A stretch of 64,000 nucleotides of DNA from the human T2T-CHM13v2.0 reference genome, Homo sapiens: the NCBI RefSeq assembly GCF_009914755.1, contig NC_060942.1; one strand, given 5' to 3'. Every line of letters begins with the position of its first letter. Position 1 is the first letter of the stretch. Positions 13,436 to 28,062 of the stretch are shown here, in pieces. The notes under the pieces are model-generated. The model did not search any database. It saw only the letters and a program-made list of their open reading frames with translations, and was not told where the DNA came from. The position numbers and the translations under genes were made by a program.

Positions 13436-16400
13436 AGCATTCTAAGAGAATTCTTTGGGATATACGTACTCAACTAACAGAGTTGAACCTTTCTATTTAT
13501 AGATCAGTCTTGAAAAGCTCTTTTCGTGGAATCTGCAAGTGAATCTTAGGATAGCTCTGAGGATTGCGTTGGAAACGGGATTACATATAAAAAGTAGACA
13601 GCAGCATTCTCAGAAACTTCTTTGTGATGTTTGCTTTTAAGTCACAGAGTTCAATATTCCCTTCCATAGAGCCGGTTTGAAACACTTTTTTTGTAGTATC
13701 TGGAAGTGGACATTTCGAGCGATTTCAGGCCTATGTTGAAAAAGGAAACATCTTCCCATAAAAACAAGACAGAAGCATTCTCAGAAACTTCTTTGTGATG
13801 TGTGTCCTCAACTAACAGAGTTCAACCTCTCTTATAATACAGCAGTTTGAAAAAACACTTTTTGTAGAATATGCAAGTGGATATTTGAACAGCTCTAACT
13901 ATTTCGTTCGAAATGGGAATATCTTCATATAAAATCTAGACAGAAGCACTCTCAGAAACTACATTGTGATATCAGTATTCAAATCACAGAGTTGAATATT
14001 CCCTTTCTTAGAGCAGGTTTGAAACCGTCTTTTCGTGGAAGCTGCAGGAGGATATTTGGATAGCTTTGAGGATTTCGTTGGAAACGGGATTACATATACA
14101 AAGTAGACAGCAACATTCTCAGAAGCTTCTTTGTGATGTTTGCTTCTAAGTCACAGAGTTGAACATTCCCTTTCATACAGCAGGTTTGAAACACTCTTTC
14201 TGTAGTATCTGGAAGTGGACATTTCGAGCGCTTTCAGGCCCATGGTGAAAAAGGAAATATCTCCCCATAAAAACTAGACAGAAGCATTCGCAGAAACTTG
14301 TTTGTGATGTGTGTCCTCAACCAACAGAGTTGAACATTTCCTGTGACAGAGCAGTTTGGAAACACGCTTTTTGTAGAATCTGCAAGTGGATATTTGGATA
14401 GCTTTGTGGATTTCCTTGGGAACGGGAGTATCTTCATATAAAACCTAGACGGAAACATTCTCCGAAACTCCTTTGTAATGTCTGCATTCACGTCACAGAG
14501 TTGAACATTCCCTTTCATAGAGCAGGTTTGAAACACTCTTTCTGAAGTATCTGGATGTGGACACTTGGAGCGCTTTGACGCTTACGGTGAAAAAAGGAAT
14601 AACTTCCCATGAAAACTAGACAGAAGCATTCTCACAAACTGGTTTGTGATGTATGTCCTCAACTAACAGAGTTGAACCTTTCTATTTACAGAGCAGTTTT
14701 CAAAGACTCTTTTTGGAGAATCTGCAAGTGGATATCTGGAGATCTTTAAGGATTTCACTGGAAACCGGAATATCTTCAGGTAAAATCTAGACAGAGGCAT
14801 TCTCGGAAACTTCTTCGTGATGTGCGTCCTCAACTAACAGAGTACAACCTGTCTTTTGATACATCAGTTTGGAAACACTCTTTTTGTAGAATCTGCAAGA
14901 GGATATTTGGATAGCTCTAGCGATTTCGATGGATACGGGAATACCTTCATATGAAATCTAGACAGAGGCACTCTCAGAAACTGCTTTGTGATATCTGCAT
15001 TCAAGTCACAGAGTTGAACATTCCCTTTCTTAGAGCAGGTTTGAAACTCTCTTTTTGTAGTATCTGGAAGTGGACACTTGGAGCGCTTTGACGCCTTTGG
15101 TGAAAAAGGAAATGTCTTCCCATAAAAACTAGACAGAAGCATTCTAAGAAACTTCTTTGGGATATATGTACTCAACTAACAGAGTTGAACCTTTCTATTT
15201 AGAGATCAGTTTTAAAAAGCTCTTTTTGTGGAATCCGCAAGTGGATATTAGAATAGCTCTGAGGATTTCGTTGGAGACGGGATTACGTATAAAAAGTAGA
15301 CAGCAGCATTCTCAAAAGCTTCTTTGTGATCTTTGCTTTTAAATCGCAGAGTTCAATATTCCCTTCCGTAGAGAAGGTTTGAAACACTCTTTCTGTAGTA
15401 TCTGGAAGTGGACATTTCGAGCGATTTCAGGCCTAGGTTGAAAAAGGAAATATCTTCCAATAAAAACTAGACGGAAGCATTCTCAAAAATTTCTTTGTGA
15501 TGTGCGTCCTCAACTAACAGAGTTCATCCTTTCTTATGATACAGCAGTTTATAAACACTCTTTTTGTAGAATCTGCAAGTGGATATTTGCATAGCTCTAA
15601 CCATTTCATAGGAAACGGGAATACCTTCATATAAAATCTAGACAGAGGCACCCTCAGAAACTGCTTTGTGATATCTGCATTCAAGTCACAGAGTTGAACA
15701 TTCCCTTTCTTAGAGCAGGTTTGAGACAATCTATTTGTAGTATCTGGTAGTGGACATTTGGAGCGCTTTGACGCCTTTGGTGAAAAAGGAAATATCTTCC
15801 ATAAAAACTAGACAGAAGCATTCCAAGAATCTTCCTTGCGATATATGTACTCAACTACCAGAGTTGAACCTTTCTATTGATAGATCAGTTTTGAAAAGCT
15901 CTTTTTGTGGAATCTGCAATTGGATATAAGGATAGTTCTGAGGATTTCGTTGGAGACGGGATTGCATATAAAAAGTAGACAGCAGCATTCTCAGAAGCTT
16001 CTTTGTGATGTTTGCTTTTAAGTCACAGAGTTGAATATTCCCTTCCATAGAGCAGGTTTGAAACCCTCTTTGTCTACTATCTGGAAGTGGACATTTCGAG
16101 CGCTTTCAGGCCTATGGTGAACAAGGAAATATCGTCCCATAAAAACTAGACAGAAGCATTCGCAGAAACTTGTTTGTGATGTGTGTCCTCATCTCACAGA
16201 GGTGACCATTTCGTTTGACAGAGCAGTTTGGAAACACGCTTTTTGCAGAATACGCAAGTGGATATTTGGATAGCTGTAACGATTTCGTTGGATACGGGAA
16301 TAACTTCATATAAATTCTAGACAGAGGCACTCTCAGAAACTGCTTTTTGATATCTGCATTCAAGTCACGGAGTTGAACATTCTCTTTCTTAGAGCAGGTT

Positions 16401-19400
16401 TGAAACACTCTTTTTGTAGTATCTGGAAGTGGACATTTGGAGGGCTTTGACGCCTTTGGTGAAAAAGGAAATGTCTTCCCATAAAAACTAGACAGAAGCA
16501 TTCTAAGAAACTTCTTTGGGATATATGTACTCAACTAACAGAGTTGAACCTTTCTCTTTATAGATCAGTTTTGAAAAGCTCTTTTTGTGGAATCTGCAAG
16601 TGGATATTAAAATAGCTCTGAGGATTTCGTTGGAGACGGGATGACATATAAAAAGTAGACAGCAGCATTCTCAGAAGCGTCTTTGTGATGTTTGCTTTTA
16701 AGTCACAGAGTTGAATTTTCCCTTCCATAGAGCAGGTTTGAAACAATCTTTCTGTAGTATCTGGAAGTGGACATTTCGAGCGCTTTCAGGCCTATGTTGA
16801 AAAATTAAATATCTTCTCATAAAAACTATACAGAAGCATTCTCAGAAACGTCTTTGTGATGTGTGGCCTCAACTAACAGAGTTCAACCTTTCTTATGATA
16901 CAGCAGTTTGGAAACACTCTTTTTGTAGAATATGCAATTGGATATTTGGATAGCTCTAAGTATTTCGTTGGAAACGGGAATATCTTCATATAAAATCTAG
17001 ACAGAAGCACTCTCAGAAACTACTTTGTGATATCTGCATTCAAGTCACAGAGTTGAAAATTCCCTTTCTTAGACCAGGTTTTAAACCGTCTTCTCGTGGA
17101 ATCTGCAGGAGGATATTTCGATAGCCTTGAGGGTTTAGTTGGAAACGGGATTACATATACAAAGTAGACAGCAGCATTCTCAGAAGCTTCTTTGTGATGT
17201 TTGCTTGTAAGTCACAGAGTTGAACATTCTCTTTCATAGAGCAGGTTTGAAACACTCTTCCTGTAGTATCTGGAAGTGGACATTTCGAGCGCTTTCAGGC
17301 CTATGGTGAACAAGGAAATATCTTCCCATAAAAACTAGATAGAAGCATTCGCAGAAACTTCTTTGTGATGTGTGTCCTCAACTCACAGAGTCGAACATTT
17401 CGTTTGACAGAGCAGTTTGGAAACACGCTTTTTGTAGAATCTGCAAGTGGATATTTGGATAGCTTTGCGGATTTTGCTTGAAACGGGAGTATCTTCCTAT
17501 TAAACCTAGACAGAAACATTCTCAGAAACTGCTTTGTGATGTCTGCATTCACGTCACGGAGTTGAACATTCCCTTTCATAGAGCAGGTTTGAAACTCCCT
17601 TTCTGTAGTATCTGGATGTGGACACTTGGAGGGCTTTGACGCTTACGGTGAAAAAGGAAATATGTTCCCATGAAAACTAGACAGAAGCATTCTCACAAAC
17701 TGGTTTGTGATGTATGTCCTCAACTAACAGACTTGAACCTTTCTATTTACAGAGCAGTTTTGAAAGACACTTTTTGGAGACTCTGCAAGTGGATATTTGG
17801 AGAGCTTTAAGGATTTCACTGGAAACCGGAATATCTTGAGGAAAAATCTAGACAGAGGCATTCTCAGAAACTTCTTTGTGATGTGTGTCCTCAACTAACA
17901 GAGTACAACTTGTCTTCTGATACAGCAGTTTCGAAACACTCTTTTTGTAGAAACTCCAAGAGGATATTTCGATAGCTCTAACGGTTTCGTTGGAAACCGG
18001 AATACCTTCATATAAAATTTAACAGAGGCACTCTCAGAAACTGCTTTGTGATATCTGCATTCAAGTCACAGAGTTGAACATTCCCTTTCTTAGAGCAGGT
18101 TTGAAACACCCTTTTTGTAGTATCTGGAAGTGGACATTTGGAGCGCTTTGACGCCTCTGGTGAAAAAGGAAAGGTCTTCCCATAAAAACTAGACAGAAGC
18201 ATTCTAAGGAACTTCTTTGGGATATATGTACTCAACTAACACAGTTGAACCTTTCTATTTATAGATCAGTTTTGAAAAGCTCTTTTTGTGGAATCCGCAT
18301 GTGGATATTAGGATAGCACTGAGGATTTCGTTGGAGACGGGATTACGTATAAAAAGTAGACAGCAGCATTCTCAGAAGCTTCTTTGTGATGTTTGCTTTT
18401 AAATCGCAGAGTTCAATATTCCCTTCCATAGAGCAGGTTTGAGACACTCTTTCTGTAGTATCTGGAAGTGGACATTTCGAGCGATTTCAGGCCTAGGTTG
18501 AAAAAGGAAATATCTTCCAATAAAAATTAGACGGAAGCATTCTCAAAAATTTCTTTGTGATGTGTGTCCTCAACTAACAGGGTTCAACCTTTCTTTTGAT
18601 ACAGCAGTTTGTAAACACTCTTTTTGTAGAATCTGCATGTGGATATTTGGATAGCTCTAACCATTTCATAGGAAACGAGAATAACTTCATATAAAATCTA
18701 GACAGAGGCACTCTCAGAAACTACTTTGTGATATCTGCGTTCAAGTCACAGAGTTGAACATTCCCTTTCTTAGAGCAGGTTTGAGACACTCTTTTTGTAG
18801 TATCTGGAAGTGGACATTTGGAGCGCTTTGACGCCTTTGGTGAAAAAGGAAATATCTTCCATAAAAACTAGACAGAAGCATTCTAAGAAACTTCTTGGCG
18901 ATATATGTACTCACCTAACAGAGTTGAACCTTTCTATTGATAGATCAGTTTCGAAAAGCTCTTTTTGTGGAATCTGCAATTGGATATAAGGATAGTTCTG
19001 AGGATTTCGTTGGAGACGGGATTGCATATAAAAAGTAGACAGCAGCATTCTCAGAAGCTTCTTTGTGATGTTTGCTTTTAAGTCACAGAGTTGAATATTC
19101 CCTTCCATAGAGCAGGTTTGAAACCCTCTTTCTCTACTATCTGGAAGTGGACATTTCGAGCGCTTTCAGGCCTATGGTGAACAAGGAAATATCGTCCCAT
19201 AAAAACTAGACAGAAGCATTAGCAGAAAATTGTTTGTGATGTGTGCCCTCAACTCACAGAGTGGAACACTTCGTTTCACAGAGCAGTTTGGAAACACGCT
19301 TTTTGTAGAATTTGCATGTGGATATTTGGATAGCTTTGTGGATTTCGTTGGAAACGGAAGTATCCTCATATAAAAATTAGACAGAAACATTCTCAGAAAC

Positions 19401-22400
19401 CGCTTTGTGATGTCTGCATTCACGTCACAGAGTTGAACATTCCCTTTCATAGAGCAGGTTTGAAACACTCTTTCTGTAGTATCTGGATGTGGACACTTGG
19501 AGCACATTGACGCTTACGGTAAAAAAGGAAATATCTTCCCATAAAAACTAGACAGAAGCATTCTCACAAACTGGTTTGTGATGTATGTCCTCAACTAACA
19601 GCGTTGAACCTTTCTATTTACAGAGCAGTTTTGAAAGACTCTTTTTGGAGAATCTGTAAGCGGATATTTGGAGAGCTTCAAGGATTTCATTTTAAACCGT
19701 AATATCTTCAGGTAAAATCTAGCCAGAGGCATTCTCAGAAACTTATTTATGATGTGTGTCCTCAACTAACAGAGTACAACCTATCTTTTGATACAGCAGT
19801 TTGGAAACACTCTTTTTGTAGAATCTGCAAGTGGATATTTCGATAGCTGTAACGATTTCGTTGGAAATGGGAATACCTTCATATAAAATCTAGAGAGGCA
19901 CTCTCCGAAAGTGCTTTGAGCTATCTGCTTTCAAGTCACAGAGTTGAACATTCCCTTTCTTAGAGAAGGTTTGAAACACTCTTTTTGTAGTATGTGTAAG
20001 TGGACACTTAGACCGCTTCGACCCCTTTGGTGAAAAAGGAAATGTCTTCCCATAAAAACTAGACAGAAGCATTCTAAGAAACTTCTTTGGGATATATGTA
20101 CTCAACTAACAGAGTTGAACCTTTCTATTTCTGGGTCAGTTTTGAGAAGCTCTTTTTCTGTAATCTGCAAGTGGATATTCGGATAGCTCTGAGGATTTCC
20201 TTGGAAACGGGATTTCATATAAAATATAGACAGCAGCATTCTCAGAAGCTTCTTTGTGATGGTTGCTTTTAAGTCACAGAGTTGAATATTCCCTTCCATA
20301 GAGCAGGATTGAAACACTCTTTCTGTAGTATCCGGAAGTGGACATTTCGGGCGATTTCAGTCCTATGTTGAAAAAGGAAATATCATCCCATAAAAACTAG
20401 ACAGAAGCATTCTCAGAAATTTCTTTGTGATGTGTGTCCTCAACTAACAGAGTTCAAACTGTCTTATGATACAGCAGTTTGGAAACACTCCTTTTGTAGA
20501 ATATGCAAGTGGATATTTGGATAGCTCTAACTATTTCGTTGGAAACGGGAATATCTTCATATAAAATCTAGACACAAGCACTCTCAGAAACTACTTTCTG
20601 ATATCTGCATTCAAGTCACAGAGTTGAATATTCCCTTTCTTAGAGCAGGTTTGAAACCGTCTTTTCGTGGAATCTGCAGGAGGATATTTGGATAGCTTTG
20701 AGGATTTCGTTGGAAAAGGGATTAAATATAAAAATAGAAAGCAGCATTCTCAGAAGCTTCTTTGTGATGTTTGCTTTTAAGTCACAGTGTTCAACATTCC
20801 CTTTCATAGAGCAGTTTTGAAACACTCTTTCTGTAGTATCTGGAAGTGGACATTTCGAGTGCTTTCAGGCCTATGGTGAAAAAGGAAATATCTTCCGATA
20901 AAAACTAGACAGAAGCATTCGCAGAAACTTGTTTGTGATATGTATCCTCAACTATCAGAGTTGAACATTTCATTTGACAGAGCAGTTTGGAAACACGCTT
21001 TTTGTAGAATCTGCAAGTGGATATTTGGATAGCTTTGTGGATTTCCTTGGAAACGGGAGTATCTTCATATAAAACCTAGACAGAAACATTCTCAGAAACT
21101 GCTATATGATGTCTGCATTCACGTCACAGAGTTGATCATTCCCTTTCATAGAGCAGGTTTGAAACACTCTTTCTGTACTATCTGGATGTGGACACTTGGA
21201 GCGCTTTGACGCTTAAGGTGCAAAAGAAATATCTTCCCATAAAAACTAGACAGAAGCATTCTCACAAACTGGATTGTGATGTTTGTCCTCAACTAACAGA
21301 GTTGAAACATTTTATTTGCAGAGCAGTTTTGAAAGACTGTTTTTGGAGAATCTTCAAGTGGATATTTGGAGAGCTTTAAGGAATTCATTGGAAACGGGAA
21401 TATCTTCATATAAAATCTAGACAGAGGCATTCTCAGAAACTTCTTTGTGATGTGTGTCCTCAACTAACGGCGGTACATCCTGTCTTTTGATACAGCAGTT
21501 TGGAAACACTCTTTTTGTAGAATCTGCCAGTGGATATTTGCATAGCTCTAATGATTTCTTTGGAAACGGGAATACCTTCATATAAAATCTAGACAGAGGC
21601 ACTCTCAGAAACTGCTTTGTGATATCTGCATTCAAGTCACACAGTTCAACATTCCCTTTCTTAGAGCAGGTTTGAAACACTCTTTTTGCAGGATCTGGAA
21701 GTGGACATTTGGAGCGCTTTGACGCCTTTGGTGATAAAGGAAATGTCTTCACATAAAAACTAGAAAGAAGCATTCTAAGAAACATCTTTGTGATATATGT
21801 ACTCAACTAACCGAGTTGAACCTTGCTCTTTATAGATCAGCTTTTTAATGCTCTTTTTGTGGAATCTGCAAGTGGATATTTGGATAGCTTTCAGGATTTC
21901 GTTGGAAACGGGATTACAAACAAAATGTAGACAGCAGCATTCTCAGAAACTTCTTTGTGATGTTTGCTTTTAAGTCACAGAGTTGAACATTCCCTTCCAT
22001 AGAGCAGTTTAGAAACACTCTTTCTATAGTATCTGGAAGTGGACATTTCGAGCGATTTCAGGCCTATGTTGAAAAACGAAATATCTTCCCATAAAAACTA
22101 GACAGTAGCATACTCAGAAGCTTCTTTGTGATGCTTGCTTTTAAGTCACAGAGTTGAACATTCCCTTTCGTAGAGCAGGTTTCAGACACTCTTTCTGTAG
22201 TATCTGGAAGTGGACATTTCGAGTGTTTTCAGGCCTATGGTGAACAAGGAAATATCTTCCCATAAAAACCAGACACAAGCATTTGCAGAAACTTGTTTGT
22301 GATGCGTGTCCTCAACTCACAGAATAGAACATTTCGTTTGACAGAGCAGCTTGGAAACACGCTTTTTGTAGAATCTGCAAGTGGATATTTGGATAGCTTT

Positions 22401-25400
22401 GTGGATTTCGTTGGAAACGGGAGAATCTCCATATAAAACCTAGACAGAAACATTCTCAGAAACTGCTTTGTGATGTCTGCATTCACGTTACAGAGTTGAA
22501 TATTCCCCTTCATAGAGCAGGTTTGATACACTCTTTCTGTAGTATCTGGATGTGGACACTTGGAGCGCTTTGACGCTTACAGTGAAAAAGGAAATATCTT
22601 CCCATAAAAACTAGACAGAAGCATTCTCACAAACTGGTTTGTGATGTATGTCCTCATCTAACAGAGTTGAACTTTTCTATTTACAGAGCAGTTTTGAAAG
22701 ACTCTTTTTGGAGAATCTGCAAGTGGATATTTCGAGAGCTTTAAGGATTTCACTGGAAACCCGAATATCTTCAGGTAAAATCTAGACAGAGGCATTCTCA
22801 GAAACCTCTTTGTGATGTGTGCCCTCAACTAACAAAGTACTACCTGGCTTTTGATACAGCAGTTTGGAAACACTCTTTTTGTACAATCTGCAAGTGGATA
22901 TTTGGATAGCTCTAAAGATTTCGTAGGAAACGGGAATACCTTCATATAAAATCTAGACAGAGGCACTCTCAGAAACTGCTTTGTGATATCTGCATTCAAG
23001 TCACAGTGTTGAACATTCCCTTTCTGAGAGCAGGTTTGAACCACTCTTTTTGTAGTATCTGGAAGTGGACATTTGGAGCGCTTTGACGCCATTGGTGAAA
23101 AAGGAAATGTCTTCCCATAAAAACTAGACAGAAGCATTCTAAGAAACTTCTTTGGGATATATGTACTCAACTAACAGAGTTGAAACTTTCTATTTAGAGA
23201 TCAGTTTTGAAAAGCTCTTTTTGTGGAATCTGCAAGTCGATGTTAGGATACCGCCGAAGATTTCGTTGGAGACGGGATTACATATAAAAATAGACAGCAG
23301 CATTCTCAGAAGCTTCTTTGTGATGTTTGCTTTTAAATCACAGAGTTGAATATTCCCTTCCATAGAGCAGGTTTGAAACACTCTTTCTGTAGTATCTGGA
23401 AGTGGACATTTCGAGCGATTTCAGGCCTATGTTGAAAAAGGAAATATCTTCCCATAAAAACTAGACAGAAGCATTCTCAGAAACTTCTTTGTGATGTGTG
23501 TCCTCAACTAACAGAGTTCAACCTCTCTTATGATACAGCAGTTTGGAAACACTCTTTTTGTAGAATATGCAACTGGATATTTGGAGAGCTCTAACTATTT
23601 TGTTGGTAACGGGAATATCTTCATATAAAATCTAGACAGAAGCACTCTCAGAAACTACTTTGTGATATCTGCATTCAAGTCACAGAGTTGAATATTCCCT
23701 TTCTTAGAGCAGGTTTGAAACCGTCTTTTCGTGGAATCTGCAGGAGGATATTTGGATAGCTTTGAGGATTTCGTAGGAAACGGGATTACATATACAAAGT
23801 GGACAGCAGCATTCTCAGAAGCTTCTTTGTGATGTTTGCTTTTAAGTCACAGAGTTGAACATTCCCTTTCATAGAGCAGGTTTCAAACACTCTTTCTGTA
23901 ATATCTGGAAGTGGCCATTTCGAGCGCTTTCAGGCCTATGGTGAACAAGGAAATATCTTCCCATAAAAACTAAACAGAAGCCTTCGCAGAAACTTGTTTG
24001 TGATGTGTGTCCTCAACTCACAGAGTTGAACATTTCGTTTGACAGAGCAGTTTGGAAACACGCTTTTTGTAGAATCTGCAAGTGGATATTTGGATAGCTT
24101 TGTGGATTTCCTTGGAAACGGGAGTATCTTCATATAAAACCTAGAAAGAAACATTCTCAGAAACTGCTTTGTGATGTCTGTATTCACGTCACAGAGTTGA
24201 ATATTTCCTTTCATAGAGCAGGTTTGAAACACTCTTTCTGTAGTATCTGGATGTGGACACTTGGAGCGCTTTGAGGCTTACGGTGCAAAAGGAAATATCT
24301 TCCAATGAAAACTAGACAGAAGCATTCTCAAAAACTAGTTTGTGATGTATTTCCTCAACTAACAGAGTTGAACCTTTCTATTTACAGAGTAGTTTTGAAA
24401 GACTCTTTTTGGAGAATCTACAAGTGGATATTTGAGAGCTTTAAGGATTTCATTGTAAACCGGAATATCTTCAGGTAAACTCTAGACAGAGGCATTCTCA
24501 GAAACTTCTTTGTGATGTGTGTCCTCAACTAACAGAGTTCAGCCTTTGTTATGATACAGCAGTTTGGAAACACTCTTTTTGTACTATCAGGAAGTGGACT
24601 TTTGGAGCGCTTTGACACCTTTGGTGATAAAGAGATGTCTTCCCATAAAAACCAGACGGAAGCATTCTAAGAGAATTCTTTGGGATATAAGTACTCAACT
24701 AACAGAGTTGAACCTTTCTATTTATAGATCAGTCTTGAAAAGCTCTTTTCGTGGAATCTGCAAGTGAATCTTAGGATAGCTCTGAGGATTTCGTTGGAAA
24801 TCGGATTACATATAAAAAGTAGACAGCAGCATTCTCAGAAACTTCTTTGTGATGTTTGCTTTTAAGTCACAGAGTTCAATATTCCCTTCCATAGAGCCGG
24901 TTTGAAACACTTTTTTTGTAGTATCTGGAAGTGGACATTTCGAGCGATTTCAGGCCTATGTTGAAAAAGGAAACATCTTCCCATAAAAAAAGACAGAAGC
25001 ATTCTCAGAAACTTCTTTGTGATGTGTGTCCTCAACTAACAGAGTTCAACCTCTCGTATAATACAGCAGTTTGAAAAAACACTTTTTGTAGAATATGCAA
25101 GTGGATATTTGAACAGCTCTAACTATTTCGTTCGAAATGGGAATATCTTCATATAAAATCTAGACAGAAGCACTCTCAGAAACTACATTGTGATATCTGT
25201 ATTCAAGTCACAGAGTTGAATATTCCCTTTCTTAGAGCAGGTTTGAAACCGTCTTTTCGTGGAAGCTGCAGGAGGATATTTGGATAGCTTTGAGGATTTC
25301 GTTGGAAACGGGATTACATATACAAAGTAGACAGCAACATTCTCAGAAGCTTCTTTGTGATGTTTGCTTCTAAGTCACAGAGTTGAACATTCCCTTTCAT

Positions 25401-28062
25401 ACAGCAGGTTTGAAACACTCTTTCTGTAGTATCTGGAAGTGGACATTTCGAGCGCTTTCAGGCCCATGGTGAAAAAGGAAATATCTCCCCATAAAAACTA
25501 GACAGAAGCATTCGCAGAAACTTGTTTGTGATGTGTGTCCTCAACCAACAGAGTTGAACATTTCCTGTGACAGAGCAGTTTGGAAACACGCTTTTTGTAG
25601 AATCTGCAATTGGATATTTGGATAGCTTTGTGGATGTCGTTGGAAACGGGAGTATCTTCATATAAAACCTAGACGGAAACATTCTCCGAAACTCCTTTGT
25701 AATGTCTGCATTCACGTCACAGAGTTGAACATTCCCTTTCATAGAGCAGGTTTGAAACACTCTTTCTGAAGTATCTGGATGTCGACACTTGGAGCGCTTT
25801 GACGCTTACACTGAAAAAGGAAATAACTTCCCATGAAAACTAGACAGAAGCATTCTCACAAACTGGTTTGTGATGTATGTCCTCAACTAACAGAGTTGAA
25901 CCTTTCTATTTACAGAGCAATTTTCAAAGACTCTTTTTGGAGAATCTGCAAGTGGATATCTGGAGATCTTTTAGGATTTCATTGGAAACCGGAATATCTT
26001 CAGGTAAAATCTAGACAGAGGCATTCTCAGAAACTTCTTCATGATGTGCGTCCTCAACTAACAGAGTACAACCTGTCTTTTGATACATCAGTTTGGAAAC
26101 ACTCTTTTTGTAGAATCTGGAAGTGGATATTTCGATAGCTCTAACGATTTCGTTGGAAACGGGAATAGCTTCATATAAAATCTAGGCAGAGGCACTCTCA
26201 GAAACTACTTTGTGAGATCTGCATTCAAGTCACAGAGTTCAACATTCCCTTTCGTAGATCTGGTTTGATAGACTCTTTTTGTTGTATCTGGAAGTGGACA
26301 TTTGGAGCGCTTTGACGACTTTGGTGAAAAAGGAAATATCTTCCCATAAAAACTAGACAGAAGCATTCTCAGAAACTTGTTTGTGCTGTGTGTACTCAAC
26401 TGACAGAGCTGAACTTTTCTTTCTACACAGCAGTTTTGAAAAACTCTTTTTGTAGTATCTGCAAGTGGATAATTGGATGGCTTTAAGGATTTCGTTGGAA
26501 ATGGGTCTACATTCATGTAAAATCTACACAGAAGCATTCTCAGAAACTTCTTTGGGATATATGTACTCAACTAACAGAGTTGAACCTTTCTATTTCTGGG
26601 TCAGTTTTGAGAAGCTCTTTTTCTGTAATCTGCAAGTGGATATTCGGATAGCTCTGAGGATTTCCTTGGAAATGGGATTTCATATAAAATGTAGACAGCA
26701 GCATTCTCAGAAGCTTCTTTGTGATGTTTGCTTTTAAGTCACAGAGTTGAATATTCCCTTCCATAGAGCAGGATTGAAACACTCTTTCTGTAGTATCCGG
26801 AAGTGGACATTTCGGGTGATTTCAGTCCTATGTTGAAAAAGGAAATATCATCCCATAAAAACTAGACAGAAGCATTCTCAGAAATTTCTTTGTGATGTGT
26901 GTCCTCAACTAACAGAGTTCAAACTGTCTTATGATACAGCAGTTTGGAAACACTCCTTTTGTAGAATATGCAAGTGGATACTTGGATAGCTCTAACTATT
27001 TCGTTGGAAACGGGAATATCATCATATAAAATCTAGACACAAGCACTCTCAGAAACTACATTCTAATATCTGCATTCAAGTCACAGAGTTGAATATTCCC
27101 TTTCTTAGAGCAGGTTTGAAACCGTCTTTTCGTGGAATGTGCAGGAGGATATTTGGATAGCTTTGAGGATTTCGTTGGAAAAGGGATTACATATACAAAG
27201 TAGAAAGCAGCATTCTCAGAAGCTTCTTTGTGATGTTTGCTTTTAAGTCACAGAGTTGAACATTCCCTTTCATAGAGCAGTTTTGAAACACTCTTTCTGT
27301 AGTATCTGGAAGTGGACATTTCGAGTGCTTTCCGAACTATCGTGAAAAAGGAAATATCTTCCGATAAAAACTAGACAGAAGCATTCGCAGAAACTTGTTT
27401 GTGATGTGTGTCCTCAACTCACAGAGTTGAACATTTCGTTTGACAGAGCAGTTTGGAAACACGCTTTTTGTAGAATCTGCAAGTGGATATTTGGATAGCT
27501 TTGTGGATTTCCTTGGAAACGGGAGTATCTTCATATAAAACCTAGAAAGAAACATTCTCAGAAACTGCTTTGTGATGTCTGTATTCACGTCACAGAGTTG
27601 AATATTTCCTTTCATAGAGCAGGTTTGAAACACTCTTTCTGTAGTATCTGGATGTGGACACTTGGAGCGCTTTGAGGCTTACGGTGCAAAAGGAAATATC
27701 TTCCAATGAAAACTAGACAGAAGCATTCTCAAAAACTAGTTTGTGATGTATTTCCTCAACTAACAGAGTTGAACCTTTCTATTTACAGAGTAGTTTTGAA
27801 AGACTCTTTTTGGAGAATCTGCAAGTGGATATTTGGAGAGCTTTAAGGATTTCATTGTAAACCGGAATATCTTCAGGTAAAATCTAGACAGAGGCATTCT
27901 CAGAAACTTCTTTGTGATGTGTGTCCTCAACTAACAGAGTTCAGCCTTTGTTATGATACAGCAGTTTGGAAACACTCTTTTTGTACTATCAGGAAGTGGA
28001 CTTCTGGAGCGCTTTGACACCTTTGGTGATAAAGAGATGTCTTCCCATAAAAACTAGACGGA
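13436..28062 (+). repeat. Super-HOR copy 2 (14,627 bp, 86 monomers)
   Basis: ORF offsets are 14,627 (14234 vs 28861; 20640 vs 35267). Marker monomer CATTCTCA(C/A)AAACT(G/A)G occurs at 14627, 17688, 19559, 21257, 22622, 24323, 25851, 27724 and 29254, giving 18+11+10+8+10+9+11+9 = 86 monomers. Confidence 0.93.
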
